Source: an uncultured bacterium (GTDB lineage Bacteria > Krumholzibacteriota > Krumholzibacteriia > LZORAL124-64-63). From it: a stretch of DNA of 64,000 nucleotides. How positions within the stretch are numbered: the stretch's first letter is position 1; each line of letters starts with the position of its first letter. This document shows, piece after piece, positions 28,853 to 39,195 of this stretch. Below the pieces are notes generated by a model. It searched no databases. It saw nothing but the letters and a program-made list of their open reading frames with translations, and was not told the origin of the DNA. Location: NCBI GenBank assembly GCA_963727525.1, contig CAVSGO010000003.1, positions 224,001 to 288,000 of the forward strand. Direction: 5' to 3'. The translations under genes and the position numbers were made by a program.

Positions 28853-31800
28853 CTACTGCAGCGCAAACTCCAGATACGTGCGGATTTCCCACTCCCGCCC
28901 GTCCGGCAACCCGGCCGGGTAGCGTTCGCCCACGGCCGGTGCCGGCGCGTCGGCCGGCATATACCGGTTCGAGTAGCGGTCCAGCGTGCGGTACGTCGCC
29001 CGTATACCCACGCGCGTCTGCGGATGCCCGAACCACACCGGCCTGCCCAGCGTGTACGACAGATCCGCCATGACTTGCAGAGGGTAGGTGAGGTTGTGGT
29101 CGTGGTGGTAGTCGTAGGGGCCGTAGTCGTTCACCTTGAAGGTGCCCATGAACGCCACCGACGGCCAGGCCACGCGCGAGTCCACGCTGAACCGGTGCAC
29201 GAGGCGGGTGTCGGCACCATTGGGTTCGGCGGTGCCCCAGGTGATGTGGCTGATCATGCGGGCGCCCCGGCCGAGGCGGTTCACGATGCGCGCGTGCAGC
29301 TCCCAGAGGTCGCGCGCCGGCGTGCCGCCGGGGAAGGCGTAGACCATGTCGGTGTCCGAGATGAAGAGGCCCGCGTCGGCCGTGGTGGCGTGGTGGGTGA
29401 GCACCAGGCCGATGCTCGCGGCGAGCTTCGCGTCCTCGCGGACGTCGCTGTCCCATGACCACATCCAGGTGGCCGGAGTGGGGTCGTAGGTGAGCATGAT
29501 CTCGCCCGCGGTGGTCTCGCGGTTGCCGCGCACGGCGAAGGGGTCGGAGAGGATGTCGCGCGGGCGGCCGGCGGTGCCCGCAAGGCGGTCGATCGATGGC
29601 ATCGCCCCGACGATGGGCTTCTGCCAGAGGACATTCGGACCCACCTGCCAGTTGCCGAAGCTCACGGCCACGCCGCTGAGCGCGTTCACCTGGTTGCCTG
29701 AACCCGAGTCGCGAAGTTGCCAGCCGGTGAAGGTGGGGATGGCGGTGGGGCCCGCTTCGGCCACCAGGCCCATGTAGGCGCCCTGGCCGTACCAGTGCCA
29801 GCGGCCGCGTTCCCAGGTGAGCTTGCCGCGGAAGCCGAAGGTGTCGTCGTCCGTGATGGTGTCGGTGTGGATGTCCTGGGGCGCCACCGGGCCGCTACCC
29901 TTCAGGACGCCGTCGCTCACGAGCTGGAACGACTCGCCGACGCGCGGCTGGCCCGACCACAGCGCGCCGCCCTCGAAGCCGAAGGGGCCGAGGTGCGTCT
30001 GCATCTGTAGCGACGCCTTGCGCGTGGTGCGCACCGGAATGGCGACCGAGCTGGTCACCTGGGTCTGCTGGGTGAAGTCTTCCTGGTACATGGCGGTCCA
30101 GGTCATGCCGCGCAACGCATGCTGGTACTTCACGAACACCGCCGGGTTGGCGCCCCACCAGAGCTGTGGGCCCACGGCCATGGCCAGGTCGGAGAAGGCC
30201 TTCTTGCCATGCATCTCGAAGCCGATGGGCGCCTCGCCGTTGTAGATGTCGAGGTTCTCGCCGTAGAACGCGTCGTGGTAGAGGCCGAAGAAATCGCCCT
30301 GGTATTGCCAGTGCAGGTGGCCCGTGCGGTAGAAGCCGTCGAGGGTGAACCAGCGGTCATCCCATGAGAGGTCCGCCTGGTACAGCTTCACGCGCTCGAG
30401 CGAGGACACGTCCACCGGCGCGCCCTGCGCGTCGACGAGGGTGCGCGTGCGGCCACGGTTCTCGTAGAAGATCTCGTCGATGGGGTTCTCGGGCACGTGG
30501 CCGAGGATGTTCATGGCCATGTGGCCGGTCACCGTCTCGCTGGGCTTGGCCTCGAAGCCCACGAACGCCGACTCGAGGTGGTCGAAGCCGAGGAAGCGGG
30601 GCGCCGCGGCCTGCGGCGACTCGGACGGGGGCGTGGAGATGTCCTGTCCGCCCGTGTTGTAGGTTTCCATCTTCAGGCGCAGCGACGACACGCGCACCTT
30701 GCTGAGGGTGTCGGCCTGGAGGGCCGCGCGATCGCCGCGGGCGGCGAGCACGGCGCCCATGACGTTCGGTGCATCGGGGCGGATGCCGGCGAACCACTGC
30801 GTGATGGCCTTGAGGTCGGTGCTCGGCGCATAGGCCGGCAGGCGGAAGGCGTCGCGCAGGGCGTAGTAGGCGGCGCGCGGGTACACGTCGTAGAGGCCGC
30901 GGGTGTCGGGGTAGCCCTTGGCGGTGATGCCCCACCACTCCTCGTTCATGTTGTTGTCGCCCTCGCGAAAGTCGGAATAGCCGGCGTCGGGCCACGAGGC
31001 GTGGGTGTCGTGGATGTCGAGGCGGCTGTCCTGCCCGTACTTCCACCAGCCGTCGCTCCACTGGAACACGAGGCCGCCGATGGCGTTGCCCACGCGACCC
31101 TTGCCGGCCGACTGCGCGTAGATCTCCTGCCACTGGCCCAGCAGGTAGCGGGCCTGCATGGCCTGGTCTTCCTCCATCGTAATGGCGTTGAAGGCGTCGC
31201 TGCCGAACTCGGTGAAGAGCACGGGTTTGCCAAGCTTGTCGTGCACCACCTGGAAGAGGTCGCGCGCCGAGATGCCGCGGTAGACGTTGGTGCCGAAGAC
31301 GTCGACCTCGGGGCACTCCTGCGCGATGACGTCGATGTACTGCACATCGCCGTTGGCGATGGCGACCGGCCGGTCCCGGTCGAGGCTCTTGACATCACGG
31401 ATGATCTCGCCGAACAGCGAGTAGAGCTGACGGGCGCGCGCGGCATCGCGTTCGCCCTCGGGCAGGGCCTCGGTCTCGAACGACGTCCACGACAGGCCGT
31501 AGTTGTTCTCGTTGCCCAGCAACCACATGAGCACGCCGGGCGTGCCGCGGAATTGCGCCACGAGGTCGTGCATCTCCTGTTTCAGCTCGGCGCGCACGCG
31601 TGGGTCGGCATAATCGGTGTTGGGATACCAGATGCCGTCGATCGTCAGCCCGTAGCGGCCGATCGTGTGGTTGAGCACGGTGTAGATTCCGTAGGTTTCG
31701 TAGATGTACTGCACCCACTGCGGAGGGATGCCGGCGTACTGACGGATGGCGTTCACGCCCATGTTGCGTAGAAGGGGCATCTCGCGGTCGAGGGCGGCGC

Positions 31801-32056
31801 GGATGACGTCGTCGGGCTGTTCCCAGAGGCTGTAGGTGTAGTTCTGCCCGATGGGCATGTAGCCCCAGTTCATGCCGTAGACCATGAAGTCCTGGCCATT
31901 CACCTCGAGCCGTGATCCGGCGGCATCGGTGGCCACGTGGATCGTGGGCATGCCGCCGCTGCCGGCGGCCAGGCCGCTGCCGGCGGCAAGGATGAAGGCC
32001 CCGCACAGGGCCAGCGAGCGTAGGCGCGGGACGACGCGATCAGGGTTCGCGAACAC
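28853..32056 (-). CDS. Clan GH-A (GH2-type TIM barrel) glycoside hydrolase fused to a C-terminal putative outer-membrane beta-barrel
   Basis: RBS AAGGAG with GTG start, signal peptide, acid/base 'GNENN' and nucleophile 'TEFG'. The C-terminal ~600 aa are amphipathic strands ending 'WEIRTYLEFALQ'. Confidence 0.75.
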   Translation of the reverse strand: MFANPDRVVPRLRSLALCGAFILAAGSGLAAGSGGMPTIHVATDAAGSRLEVNGQDFMVYGMNWGYMPIGQNYTYSLWEQPDDVIRAALDREMPLLRNMGVNAIRQYAGIPPQWVQYIYETYGIYTVLNHTIGRYGLTIDGIWYPNTDYADPRVRAELKQEMHDLVAQFRGTPGVLMWLLGNENNYGLSWTSFETEALPEGERDAARARQLYSLFGEIIRDVKSLDRDRPVAIANGDVQYIDVIAQECPEVDVFGTNVYRGISARDLFQVVHDKLGKPVLFTEFGSDAFNAITMEEDQAMQARYLLGQWQEIYAQSAGKGRVGNAIGGLVFQWSDGWWKYGQDSRLDIHDTHASWPDAGYSDFREGDNNMNEEWWGITAKGYPDTRGLYDVYPRAAYYALRDAFRLPAYAPSTDLKAITQWFAGIRPDAPNVMGAVLAARGDRAALQADTLSKVRVSSLRLKMETYNTGGQDISTPPSESPQAAAPRFLGFDHLESAFVGFEAKPSETVTGHMAMNILGHVPENPIDEIFYENRGRTRTLVDAQGAPVDVSSLERVKLYQADLSWDDRWFTLDGFYRTGHLHWQYQGDFFGLYHDAFYGENLDIYNGEAPIGFEMHGKKAFSDLAMAVGPQLWWGANPAVFVKYQHALRGMTWTAMYQEDFTQQTQVTSSVAIPVRTTRKASLQMQTHLGPFGFEGGALWSGQPRVGESFQLVSDGVLKGSGPVAPQDIHTDTITDDDTFGFRGKLTWERGRWHWYGQGAYMGLVAEAGPTAIPTFTGWQLRDSGSGNQVNALSGVAVSFGNWQVGPNVLWQKPIVGAMPSIDRLAGTAGRPRDILSDPFAVRGNRETTAGEIMLTYDPTPATWMWSWDSDVREDAKLAASIGLVLTHHATTADAGLFISDTDMVYAFPGGTPARDLWELHARIVNRLGRGARMISHITWGTAEPNGADTRLVHRFSVDSRVAWPSVAFMGTFKVNDYGPYDYHHDHNLTYPLQVMADLSYTLGRPVWFGHPQTRVGIRATYRTLDRYSNRYMPADAPAPAVGERYPAGLPDGREWEIRTYLEFALQ

Positions 32057-33443
32057 GGGAGTCTCCTTGGCTGGCGGCGGGTACGGGCGCGTCGACGGCG
32101 TGGGTGGCCACGACATCGCGATACCAAGCGACACTGTCCCGGGGGATGCGTCGCAGTGTCTGGGGATCGACGGCGTACAGCCCGAAGTGCTGGGTGTAGC
32201 CGTAGCCCCATTCGAAGTTGTCCATCAGCGACCACACGAAGTACGCGTCCACCGGTACGCCGGCCGCGATGGCGCGATGCACGGCCTGCAGGTGGGAGCG
32301 CAGGTAGGCGATGCGCCTGGTGTCGCGGATGCGGCCATCGGGATCGGGCGCGTCGTCATAGGCCGCACCGTTCTCGGTGATGGCGATGCGGGCGGGCCGG
32401 TACTCGCGCTGGATGCGCACGAGGCTGGCGAGGAGGCCGTCGGGGTAGACCTCCCAGCCCATGGTGGTGCGCGATGGCGTGTCCGCGGGGGGCACCGCTT
32501 CGGGCTGTCCGTCGGCGCCTGCGCGCATGACCACGCGGCTGTAGTAGTTCACGCCCAGGAAGTCCAGCGGTGCGGCGATGGCGTCCATGTCGCCCGGCTG
32601 CACGAACGGCAGCTCGGGACCCGCCAGGTGGCCGCGGGCCACGCGGTCGGCGATCGCGTCGGCGGGGTACGTGCCACGGAACACCGGGTCGAGGTACCAG
32701 CGGTTGAAGAAGCCGTCGAAGAAGCGGGCGGCGTCGTGGTCGGCCTCGCTGTCCGTGGCCGGATACGCCGGCGAGTGGATGAGCACGAGCCCCAGTTCGG
32801 CCTGCGGCTGCTCGCGGCGGATGGCCGTCGTCGCGAAGCCGTGCGACAGCAGCAGATGGTGCGCCACGCGCAGCGCCTCGGCCGGGTCGCGATGGCCGGG
32901 GGCGTGGTGCCCCTCCTCGTGGCCGAGCGTGGCGGCGCACCAGGGCTCGTTGTGCGTCACCCAGCGGCGCACGCGGTCGCCTAGGCGCCGGATCACCGCG
33001 CCGGCGTAGTCGACGAAGGCCGCCACCGTGTCGCGGTTCGCCCAGCCGCCGCGGTCTTGCAGCGCTTGCGGCAGATCCCAGTGGTAGAGCGTGGGCCAGG
33101 GTTCGATGCCGGCGGCCAGCAGGGCGTCGACGAGGGCGTCGTAGAAGTCGAGTCCCGCGGGGTTCACGGCACCGGTGCCGCCGGGGATGATGCGCGGCCA
33201 GGCGATGGAGAAACGGTACGCGCCCAGCCCGAGGTCGCGCATCACGGCGATGTCCTCACGCCAGCGGTGCCAGTGGTCGCACGCCCGCGCGGGCGTGGAG
33301 CCGTCAGCAATGCGGCCGGAGGTGGCGGCGAAGCGGTCCCAGATCGACTCCCCGCGCCCACCTTCGCGGCTGGCGCCCTCCACCTGCTGGGCCGAGGTGG
33401 CAGCGCCCCAGAGAAAGCCATCGGGGAAGCGGAGTCGTGCCAT
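32040..33443 (-). CDS. GH1 beta-glucosidase
   Basis: 'FLWGAATSAQQVEG', 'YRFSIAWPR', 'HNEP', 'ITENG', 'WSLMDNFEW'. No signal peptide. Confidence 0.95.
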   Translation of the reverse strand: MARLRFPDGFLWGAATSAQQVEGASREGGRGESIWDRFAATSGRIADGSTPARACDHWHRWREDIAVMRDLGLGAYRFSIAWPRIIPGGTGAVNPAGLDFYDALVDALLAAGIEPWPTLYHWDLPQALQDRGGWANRDTVAAFVDYAGAVIRRLGDRVRRWVTHNEPWCAATLGHEEGHHAPGHRDPAEALRVAHHLLLSHGFATTAIRREQPQAELGLVLIHSPAYPATDSEADHDAARFFDGFFNRWYLDPVFRGTYPADAIADRVARGHLAGPELPFVQPGDMDAIAAPLDFLGVNYYSRVVMRAGADGQPEAVPPADTPSRTTMGWEVYPDGLLASLVRIQREYRPARIAITENGAAYDDAPDPDGRIRDTRRIAYLRSHLQAVHRAIAAGVPVDAYFVWSLMDNFEWGYGYTQHFGLYAVDPQTLRRIPRDSVAWYRDVVATHAVDAPVPAASQGDSRVREP

Positions 33444-33503
33444 GTACGTCCACCCGTGATGCATCCGGTTCATCGCCAGCGGTCACGTGGGGCCCGAAAA
33501 TAT

Positions 33504-33552
33504 TCTTTGTTCGGGCTCCGAACATAGTGTATGATGGGCACCGCCCTGTCAA
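33504..33552 (-). promoter_or_regulatory. Sigma70 promoter plus ROK-type operator (copy 2), between divergent genes
   Basis: Minus strand TTGACA-N17-CACTAT (33552-33524). Palindrome TCTTTGTTCGGGCTCCGAACATAGT (33504-33528). Confidence 0.8.
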
Positions 33553-33613
33553 GACTCCATTCGATCCGCGCCGGCACGCGCCGGGCGGGTCGCTCCCAGC
33601 AGGAGGTCCTTCC

Positions 33614-34589
33614 ATGACTCCACGCGCGACCGCGATCCTCGCCGTGATGGCCCTGGCCTGCGCCCTTCCGGCGGCCAGCTGGGCCATCACGCCCTATAGC
33701 CAGAACTTCGAGGGGCTCAACCAGGCCGATCCTGCCGCCCTCGCCAACGACGGCTGGGTGGTCTACGGCAACGTTTCCAGCCCGAGCGGCACGTATCTCT
33801 ACGGCTACGGACCCTTCCCCGCGCCCAACGACGGCAGCGGTTTCTGCCAGCTCACCACCGGCGAGGGTGGCACCGAGCAAGGCGCCCTGCAGCTCGTGGT
33901 CTACAGCGACTATCAGAACGCCGACCACGCCAACGGCAACATCATCGAGTCGAACGTCTACCATGAACAGACGATCGAAGCCGGCGACGTGGGTACCACC
34001 TGGACATTCGCATTTCAGGCCAAGCTGGGCAACATCGAGGGTGCGTCCACGGCCGCGGCGTTCCTCAAGACGCTCGATCCCGACAACGGCTATGCGCTCA
34101 CGAACTACATCACGACCGACATGACGAGCATCCCGGCCACGTGGAACGGCTACGAGGTGTCCATCACCGTCGACGCCAGCCTCGCGGGCCAGCTCCTGCA
34201 GTTCGGTTTCGTGAATACGGCCACCTACTACGAGGGCTCGGGCATCTTCTACGACAACCTCGACTTCCATCAGGGTGCCGACGTGGCCGTGCCCGACGCC
34301 ACCGAGTTCGCGGGCAACGCCTTGCGCCAGAATCACCCGAACCCGTTCAACCCCCGCACGGAGATCGATTTCTCCCTCGCGCGGACCGGCACCGTGTCCC
34401 TCGTCGGTGTACGACCTCGCCGGTCGCCGCGTCGCCGCCCTTGTGCAGGGCGACCTCGCCGCGGGCGAGCATCGCGTGGCCTGGGACGGCCGCACCGACG
34501 CGGGCGCAACCGCGCCCTCCGGACAGTATCGCTATGTGCTGCGCACGCCCGACGGCGTGGCCGCGCGCAGCATGGTCCTGCTGAAGTAG
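33614..34589 (+). CDS. Secreted jelly-roll (putative carbohydrate-binding) protein with FlgD-Ig CTD, frameshifted near 34400-34407
   Basis: RBS AGGAGG, signal peptide, core domain paralogous to 38130-38852. 'PNPFNPRT...TVSL' continues in the +1 frame as 'VYDLAGRRV...WDGR...MVLLK'. Confidence 0.75.
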
Positions 34590-34596
34590 CGCCACG

Positions 34597-37500
34597 ATGG
34601 CCGGCCGACCGTTGCCCGCAAGGGACCCTTCTGCTGTCGTCGCGAGCTCGACGTCGCCCACTGGCGGCTTCGTCGAGCTCGACGGCGAACGGCACTACCG
34701 GATCGAGGCATACCACCGCCTCAAGCCGTTCCTCATGAGCCTGGCGAGCGACAGCGACCTGTGGATGTTCGTCACCTCCGGGGGCGGGCTCACGGCCGGC
34801 CGCGTCGATGCCGACGGCGCCCTCTTTCCGTACGAGACCGTCGACCGGCTTCACGACGCCCATCATCACACCGGGCCGATCACCCTGCTGCGCGTGGCGC
34901 GGCCCGACGGTGCCACGGTGCTGTGGGAACCGTTCACCGCCGTCACGGCGAATGACGCGGCGATCACGCGCCGTCTGGCCAAGAGCGCTCTGGGCAACAG
35001 TCTCGTGTTCGAGGAGATCGCGCGCGTGCTCGGCCTGGCGCTGCGATACCGCTGGTCGAACAGCGATGCGTATGGCTGGGTGCGCACGACGACGCTCGAG
35101 AACATGGGCGACACCCCGGTATCGCTCATGCTGCTCGACGGTCTGCGCAACATCTTGCCGTACGGAGCGCCAGTTGCGCTCTATCAGCAGGCCAGCGTGC
35201 TCGTCGATGCCTACAAGACGGCCGAGGTGGATCCCGACACCGGCCTGGGCGTTTTCGCCCTCACTGCGGGCATCACCGACCGCGCCGAGGCGCTCGAGGT
35301 GCTGCGCGCCAGCACCGTGTGGTGCCACGGTCTCGAGGGTGGCCGCGTGCACCTCGATGGCAATGTGGTGGCGGCGTTCCGGGCCGGCCGTGTGCTCCCG
35401 GCGCCGCCGACGCTGCACGGCGCGCGGGGGAACTACCTGGTGAGCGCCACGCTCACGCTCGCGCCGGGGGCGAGTGCGCAGTGGCTCATCGCGGCCGACA
35501 GCGGCCGCGATCACCGTCAGGTGGCGGCGCTGCGCCAGCAGATCCTCGGCGACCCCGACATCGACGCGCGCGTACGCGCGAGCATCGCCCACGACACGGA
35601 GCAGCTCCGGGATCGCGTAGCCAGCGCCGACGGCCTGCAGCTCACGCGCCGGCCCGAGGTCGCGAGCCACCACCTGGCCAACGTCCTCTTCAACGGCATG
35701 CGCGGCGGCGTCTTCGTGCATGGACACAGCATTCCCATGGCCGACCTGCGCGCCTTCCTGGCCGAACGCGGCCACCACGTGGCCGCGCGCCACGACGAGG
35801 CCCTCGCCGCCCTCCCCGCGACCATACCCGCGGCCGAGCTGCGCCGGTACGGCTTGGCGTCGGGCGATCCTGATCTGGCGCGCCTATGCCACGAGTATCT
35901 GCCCCTGTATTTCGGTCGGCGCCACGGCGATCCGAGCCGCCCCTGGAATCGCTTCGCCATCCGCGTGCGAGGCGCCGACGGCGAGCGCGAGCTGAACTTC
36001 GAGGGCAACTGGCGCGACATCTTCCAGAACTGGGAGGCGCTCTGTCTGTCGTTCCCGGGCTTCCTGCCGCACATCGTCGCGCGCTTCGTGAACGCCTCCA
36101 CCGTGGACGGCTTCAATCCCTACCGCATCACGCGCGATGGCGTGGACTGGGAAGTCGTCTCGCCCGACGATCCCTGGGGCAACATCGGCTACTGGGGCGA
36201 CCACCAGCTCATCTATCTCGTGCGCCTGCTCGAGCTGCTCAATCGGCACGATCCCGACGCTCTGGGCTCGCTGCTCACGGCGGGCATCTTCAGTTACGCG
36301 GACGTCCCCTATCGCATCCGGCCGTACGCCGAGATCCTCGCCAATCCCCGGGAGACGATCGACTTCGACACCGCGCGCGCCGCCCGTGTCGACGCGCGCG
36401 TGGCCCAGCGCGGCGCTGACGGCAAGCTGGTCGTCGATCGCGACGGCGCCATCCGGCGTGCCACGCTCCTCGAGAAGCTGCTCGTGCCCGCCCTCGCCAA
36501 GCTGTCGCAGCTCATTCCCGATGCCGGCATCTGGATGACCACCCAGCGCCCCGAGTGGAACGACGCCAACAACGCCCTGGCCGGCGGCGGCGTGTCCGTG
36601 GTCACGCTCTGCCACCTGCGCCGCTATCTGGCCTTCGTCGCCGACCTGCTCGAGCGCGAGGACGACGCCACGGTGACGATACCCGTGGAGATCGCCGACT
36701 GGCTCGCGCATATCGAGGTCGTGCTTGTCGAGCACGACGCACTGGCCGCGAACGTGTGCGACCCGCGCCGTCGCAAGCAGGTGATGGATGTTCTCGGCGA
36801 GGCCTTCTCGGACTACCGGACTCGCGTGTACGATCAGGGCTTTACCGGCGAAACGCCGCTGGCCTCGCGTCGCGTGGCCGCGCTGTGCCGGGCGGCGCTG
36901 CCGCTCGTGGAACGCAGCATCGCATCCAACCGGCGCGAGGACGGCCTCTATCACACGTACAACCTGCTCGCGTTCAGCGACGACGGATGCGGCGTGGCGG
37001 TGGTTCCCCTGGGCGAGATGCTCGAGGGTCAGGTGGCGGTGCTCGATGCTGGCGTGCTCGACGCCGCCGAAGCCCGCGCGGTCCTCGATGCGCTCTTCGT
37101 CAGCCAGATGTACCGGCCCGACCAGCACAGCTTCATGCTCTATCCGGCGCGCGATCTACCGGGTTTCCTGGCGCGCAACCAGGTGCCCGGGTCGCGCGTG
37201 CAGGCCGTGCCGCTGCTTGCCGCTTTGCTCGAGGTGGGCGACGTCTCCGTGCTATCCCGTGACGCCGATGGAATCCTCCGCTTCCAGGCCGATCTCGCCA
37301 CGGCGGACGATCTCGCCGCGGCTCTCGACGCGCTCGCGGAGCAGGCCGCGTGGGCCGACGCGGTGGCCCGCGACCGTACCGCCGTGATCGATCTGTACGA
37401 GACCGTGTTCGCGCACCGTTCCTACACCGGCCGCTCGGGCTACATGTATGCGTACGAGGGCGTGGGGTGCATCTACTGGCACATGGTGGCCAAGCTGCTG

Positions 37501-38073
37501 CTGGCCGTGCAGACCACGATCCTGCGCACCGCCGACGCCGACGCTCCGGACAATGCGCTCGTGGCCCACTACTTCCGCATCCGCGCGGGTCTCGGCTACG
37601 AGAAATCGGTGAGGGAGTATGGTGCGTTCCCCACCGACCCCTACTCCCACACGCCGGCCTCCGGCGGCGCCAAGCAGCCGGGCATGACGGGTCAGGTGAA
37701 GGAGGAGATCCTCAGCCGCTTCGGCGAGCTTGGCGTGGAGGTGGCGCGCGGCCTCGTGCGCTACCGGCCGCGTCTGCTGCGCGCGGACGAGGTCTTGCAG
37801 GACGCCTCCACGTTCTTCCACCACGACGCCGACGGCACCGTGCGTCCTCTCGTCGTCCCCGCCGGCGGTCTCGCCTTCACGCACTGCCAGGTGCCCGTGG
37901 TGTACGAGCCGAGCGAGGGCGACGCGTGGATCGAGGTCGCCTGGCTCGGCGCCCCGCCGCAGCGGCGCGCCGGCTGTGCCCTCGACGCGGCGCAGAGCGC
38001 GGCCTTGCTGGCGCGCGACGGCCACCTCGCCCACATCCGCGTGGGCATCCCGCGCCGCTTCCTCCACGCCTGA
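34597..38073 (+). CDS. GH149-like beta-1,3-glucan phosphorylase
   Basis: About 1158 aa, cytoplasmic. Motifs 'RRHGDPSRPWN', 'EGNWRDIFQNWEAL', 'GYWGDHQ', 'QRPEWNDANNAL', 'FPTDPYSHTP', 'QPGMTGQVKE' recalled for GH149, in a beta-glucan gene context. Confidence 0.8.
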   Translation: MAGRPLPARDPSAVVASSTSPTGGFVELDGERHYRIEAYHRLKPFLMSLASDSDLWMFVTSGGGLTAGRVDADGALFPYETVDRLHDAHHHTGPITLLRVARPDGATVLWEPFTAVTANDAAITRRLAKSALGNSLVFEEIARVLGLALRYRWSNSDAYGWVRTTTLENMGDTPVSLMLLDGLRNILPYGAPVALYQQASVLVDAYKTAEVDPDTGLGVFALTAGITDRAEALEVLRASTVWCHGLEGGRVHLDGNVVAAFRAGRVLPAPPTLHGARGNYLVSATLTLAPGASAQWLIAADSGRDHRQVAALRQQILGDPDIDARVRASIAHDTEQLRDRVASADGLQLTRRPEVASHHLANVLFNGMRGGVFVHGHSIPMADLRAFLAERGHHVAARHDEALAALPATIPAAELRRYGLASGDPDLARLCHEYLPLYFGRRHGDPSRPWNRFAIRVRGADGERELNFEGNWRDIFQNWEALCLSFPGFLPHIVARFVNASTVDGFNPYRITRDGVDWEVVSPDDPWGNIGYWGDHQLIYLVRLLELLNRHDPDALGSLLTAGIFSYADVPYRIRPYAEILANPRETIDFDTARAARVDARVAQRGADGKLVVDRDGAIRRATLLEKLLVPALAKLSQLIPDAGIWMTTQRPEWNDANNALAGGGVSVVTLCHLRRYLAFVADLLEREDDATVTIPVEIADWLAHIEVVLVEHDALAANVCDPRRRKQVMDVLGEAFSDYRTRVYDQGFTGETPLASRRVAALCRAALPLVERSIASNRREDGLYHTYNLLAFSDDGCGVAVVPLGEMLEGQVAVLDAGVLDAAEARAVLDALFVSQMYRPDQHSFMLYPARDLPGFLARNQVPGSRVQAVPLLAALLEVGDVSVLSRDADGILRFQADLATADDLAAALDALAEQAAWADAVARDRTAVIDLYETVFAHRSYTGRSGYMYAYEGVGCIYWHMVAKLLLAVQTTILRTADADAPDNALVAHYFRIRAGLGYEKSVREYGAFPTDPYSHTPASGGAKQPGMTGQVKEEILSRFGELGVEVARGLVRYRPRLLRADEVLQDASTFFHHDADGTVRPLVVPAGGLAFTHCQVPVVYEPSEGDAWIEVAWLGAPPQRRAGCALDAAQSAALLARDGHLAHIRVGIPRRFLHA

Positions 38074-38081
38074 AAACCGCG

Positions 38082-38103
38082 GGCCCGGGGCGAACCCCGG
38101 GCC
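38082..38103. terminator. Stem-loop between convergent genes
   Basis: GGCCCGGGG-CGAA-CCCCGGGCC. Confidence 0.6.
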
Positions 38104-38129
38104 ACGCACTGATCGCGAGTCGTGTCCGA

Positions 38130-38852
38130 TTAGTCGAACAGCGCCTTCACCGTGCTCCACGAGGCCGGCTCGGTGGCGACGGAGTCGTCCTGGTGGAAGT
38201 TGATGTTGTCGTAGAAGATGCCCGAGCTATCGTAGTTCGTCGCGTCGTTGGTGAAGCCGAACTGCAGGAGCTGGTTCTCGAGACTCGCATCGATGGTGAG
38301 GTTGATGGTGTAGCCAGCCCATGTGGCTGGGATGCTAGTCATGTCCAGTGTGATGTAGTTCGTCGTCGCGTAGCCGTTGTTGGGATCGAGCGTCTTGATG
38401 AATGCCGCGGCCGTGGAAGGGGCCACGATGTTGCCCAGCTTGGCCTCGAAATCGAACACCCAGGAATGGCCGACGTCACCGGCGGCGACCGTCTGCTCGT
38501 GATAGACGTTCGACTCGATGATGTTGCCGTTGGCATGGTCGGCATTGTTGTAGTCGCTGAAGACGACGAGCTGCTGCGCGCCCTGCTCGGTGCCGCCCTC
38601 GCCGGTGACGATCTGGCAGAACGCCGCGCCGTCGTTGGGCGCGGGGAAGGGACCGTAGCCGTAGAGGTAGCTATGGTCGGGCGCGAAGACGTTGCCGAAG
38701 ACCAGCCAACCGTCGTTGCCGAGGGCGGCGGTATCAGCCTGGTTGAGTCCCTCGAAATCCTGGCTGTAGGCTGCGAGCTGTGCCTGGCTCGTCGCGGGCA
38801 CGGCCACGGCCGCGATCGCGAGGGCACACAGGGCGATCACTCTGAGTTTCAT
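38130..38852 (-). CDS. Secreted jelly-roll protein (paralog of 33614) with WxxVKxLF tail
   Basis: Signal peptide and a core highly similar to 33614 ('YSQ.FEGLNQAD...GYGPFPAPNDG...SGIFYDN'). Ends 'ASWSTVKALFD'. Confidence 0.85.
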   Translation of the reverse strand: MKLRVIALCALAIAAVAVPATSQAQLAAYSQDFEGLNQADTAALGNDGWLVFGNVFAPDHSYLYGYGPFPAPNDGAAFCQIVTGEGGTEQGAQQLVVFSDYNNADHANGNIIESNVYHEQTVAAGDVGHSWVFDFEAKLGNIVAPSTAAAFIKTLDPNNGYATTNYITLDMTSIPATWAGYTINLTIDASLENQLLQFGFTNDATNYDSSGIFYDNINFHQDDSVATEPASWSTVKALFD

Positions 38853-38968
38853 CTTGCCAACCTCTCGTCTGGATGTCCGTGTTCGTCGCGGGACCGGACC
38901 GCGCGGAGGCAGCCGCCGGGCGGCAAGGATGAAGGGCGCACCCGGCCATGGTCCGACCTGATGCGACG

Positions 38969-39000
38969 AGTATAAACTATGTTCGGTAACCGAATCAAGT
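38969..39000 (-). promoter_or_regulatory. Sigma70-like promoter plus ROK-type operator (copy 3)
   Basis: Palindrome ACTATGTTCGGTAACCGAATCAAGT (38976-39000) overlaps minus-strand TTGATT-N18-TATACT. Confidence 0.7.
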
Positions 39001-39195
39001 CATTTTTTCCTGTTTCTGGCCCAGAATCGCCGGGTTTTCCGCTCCACGACTGCCTATCTGATCGCCGCGTGGTACCATCGTCTGGGTCGCGTGCGAGTGG
39101 GACGCGGGCGCGACGGCAGGGAACGGCTTTCAATCCCGCCGCCCGTTCGTTCAGGGAGCGACCTCACCCACTCAAGATCAACCTGGGAGGTAGTC

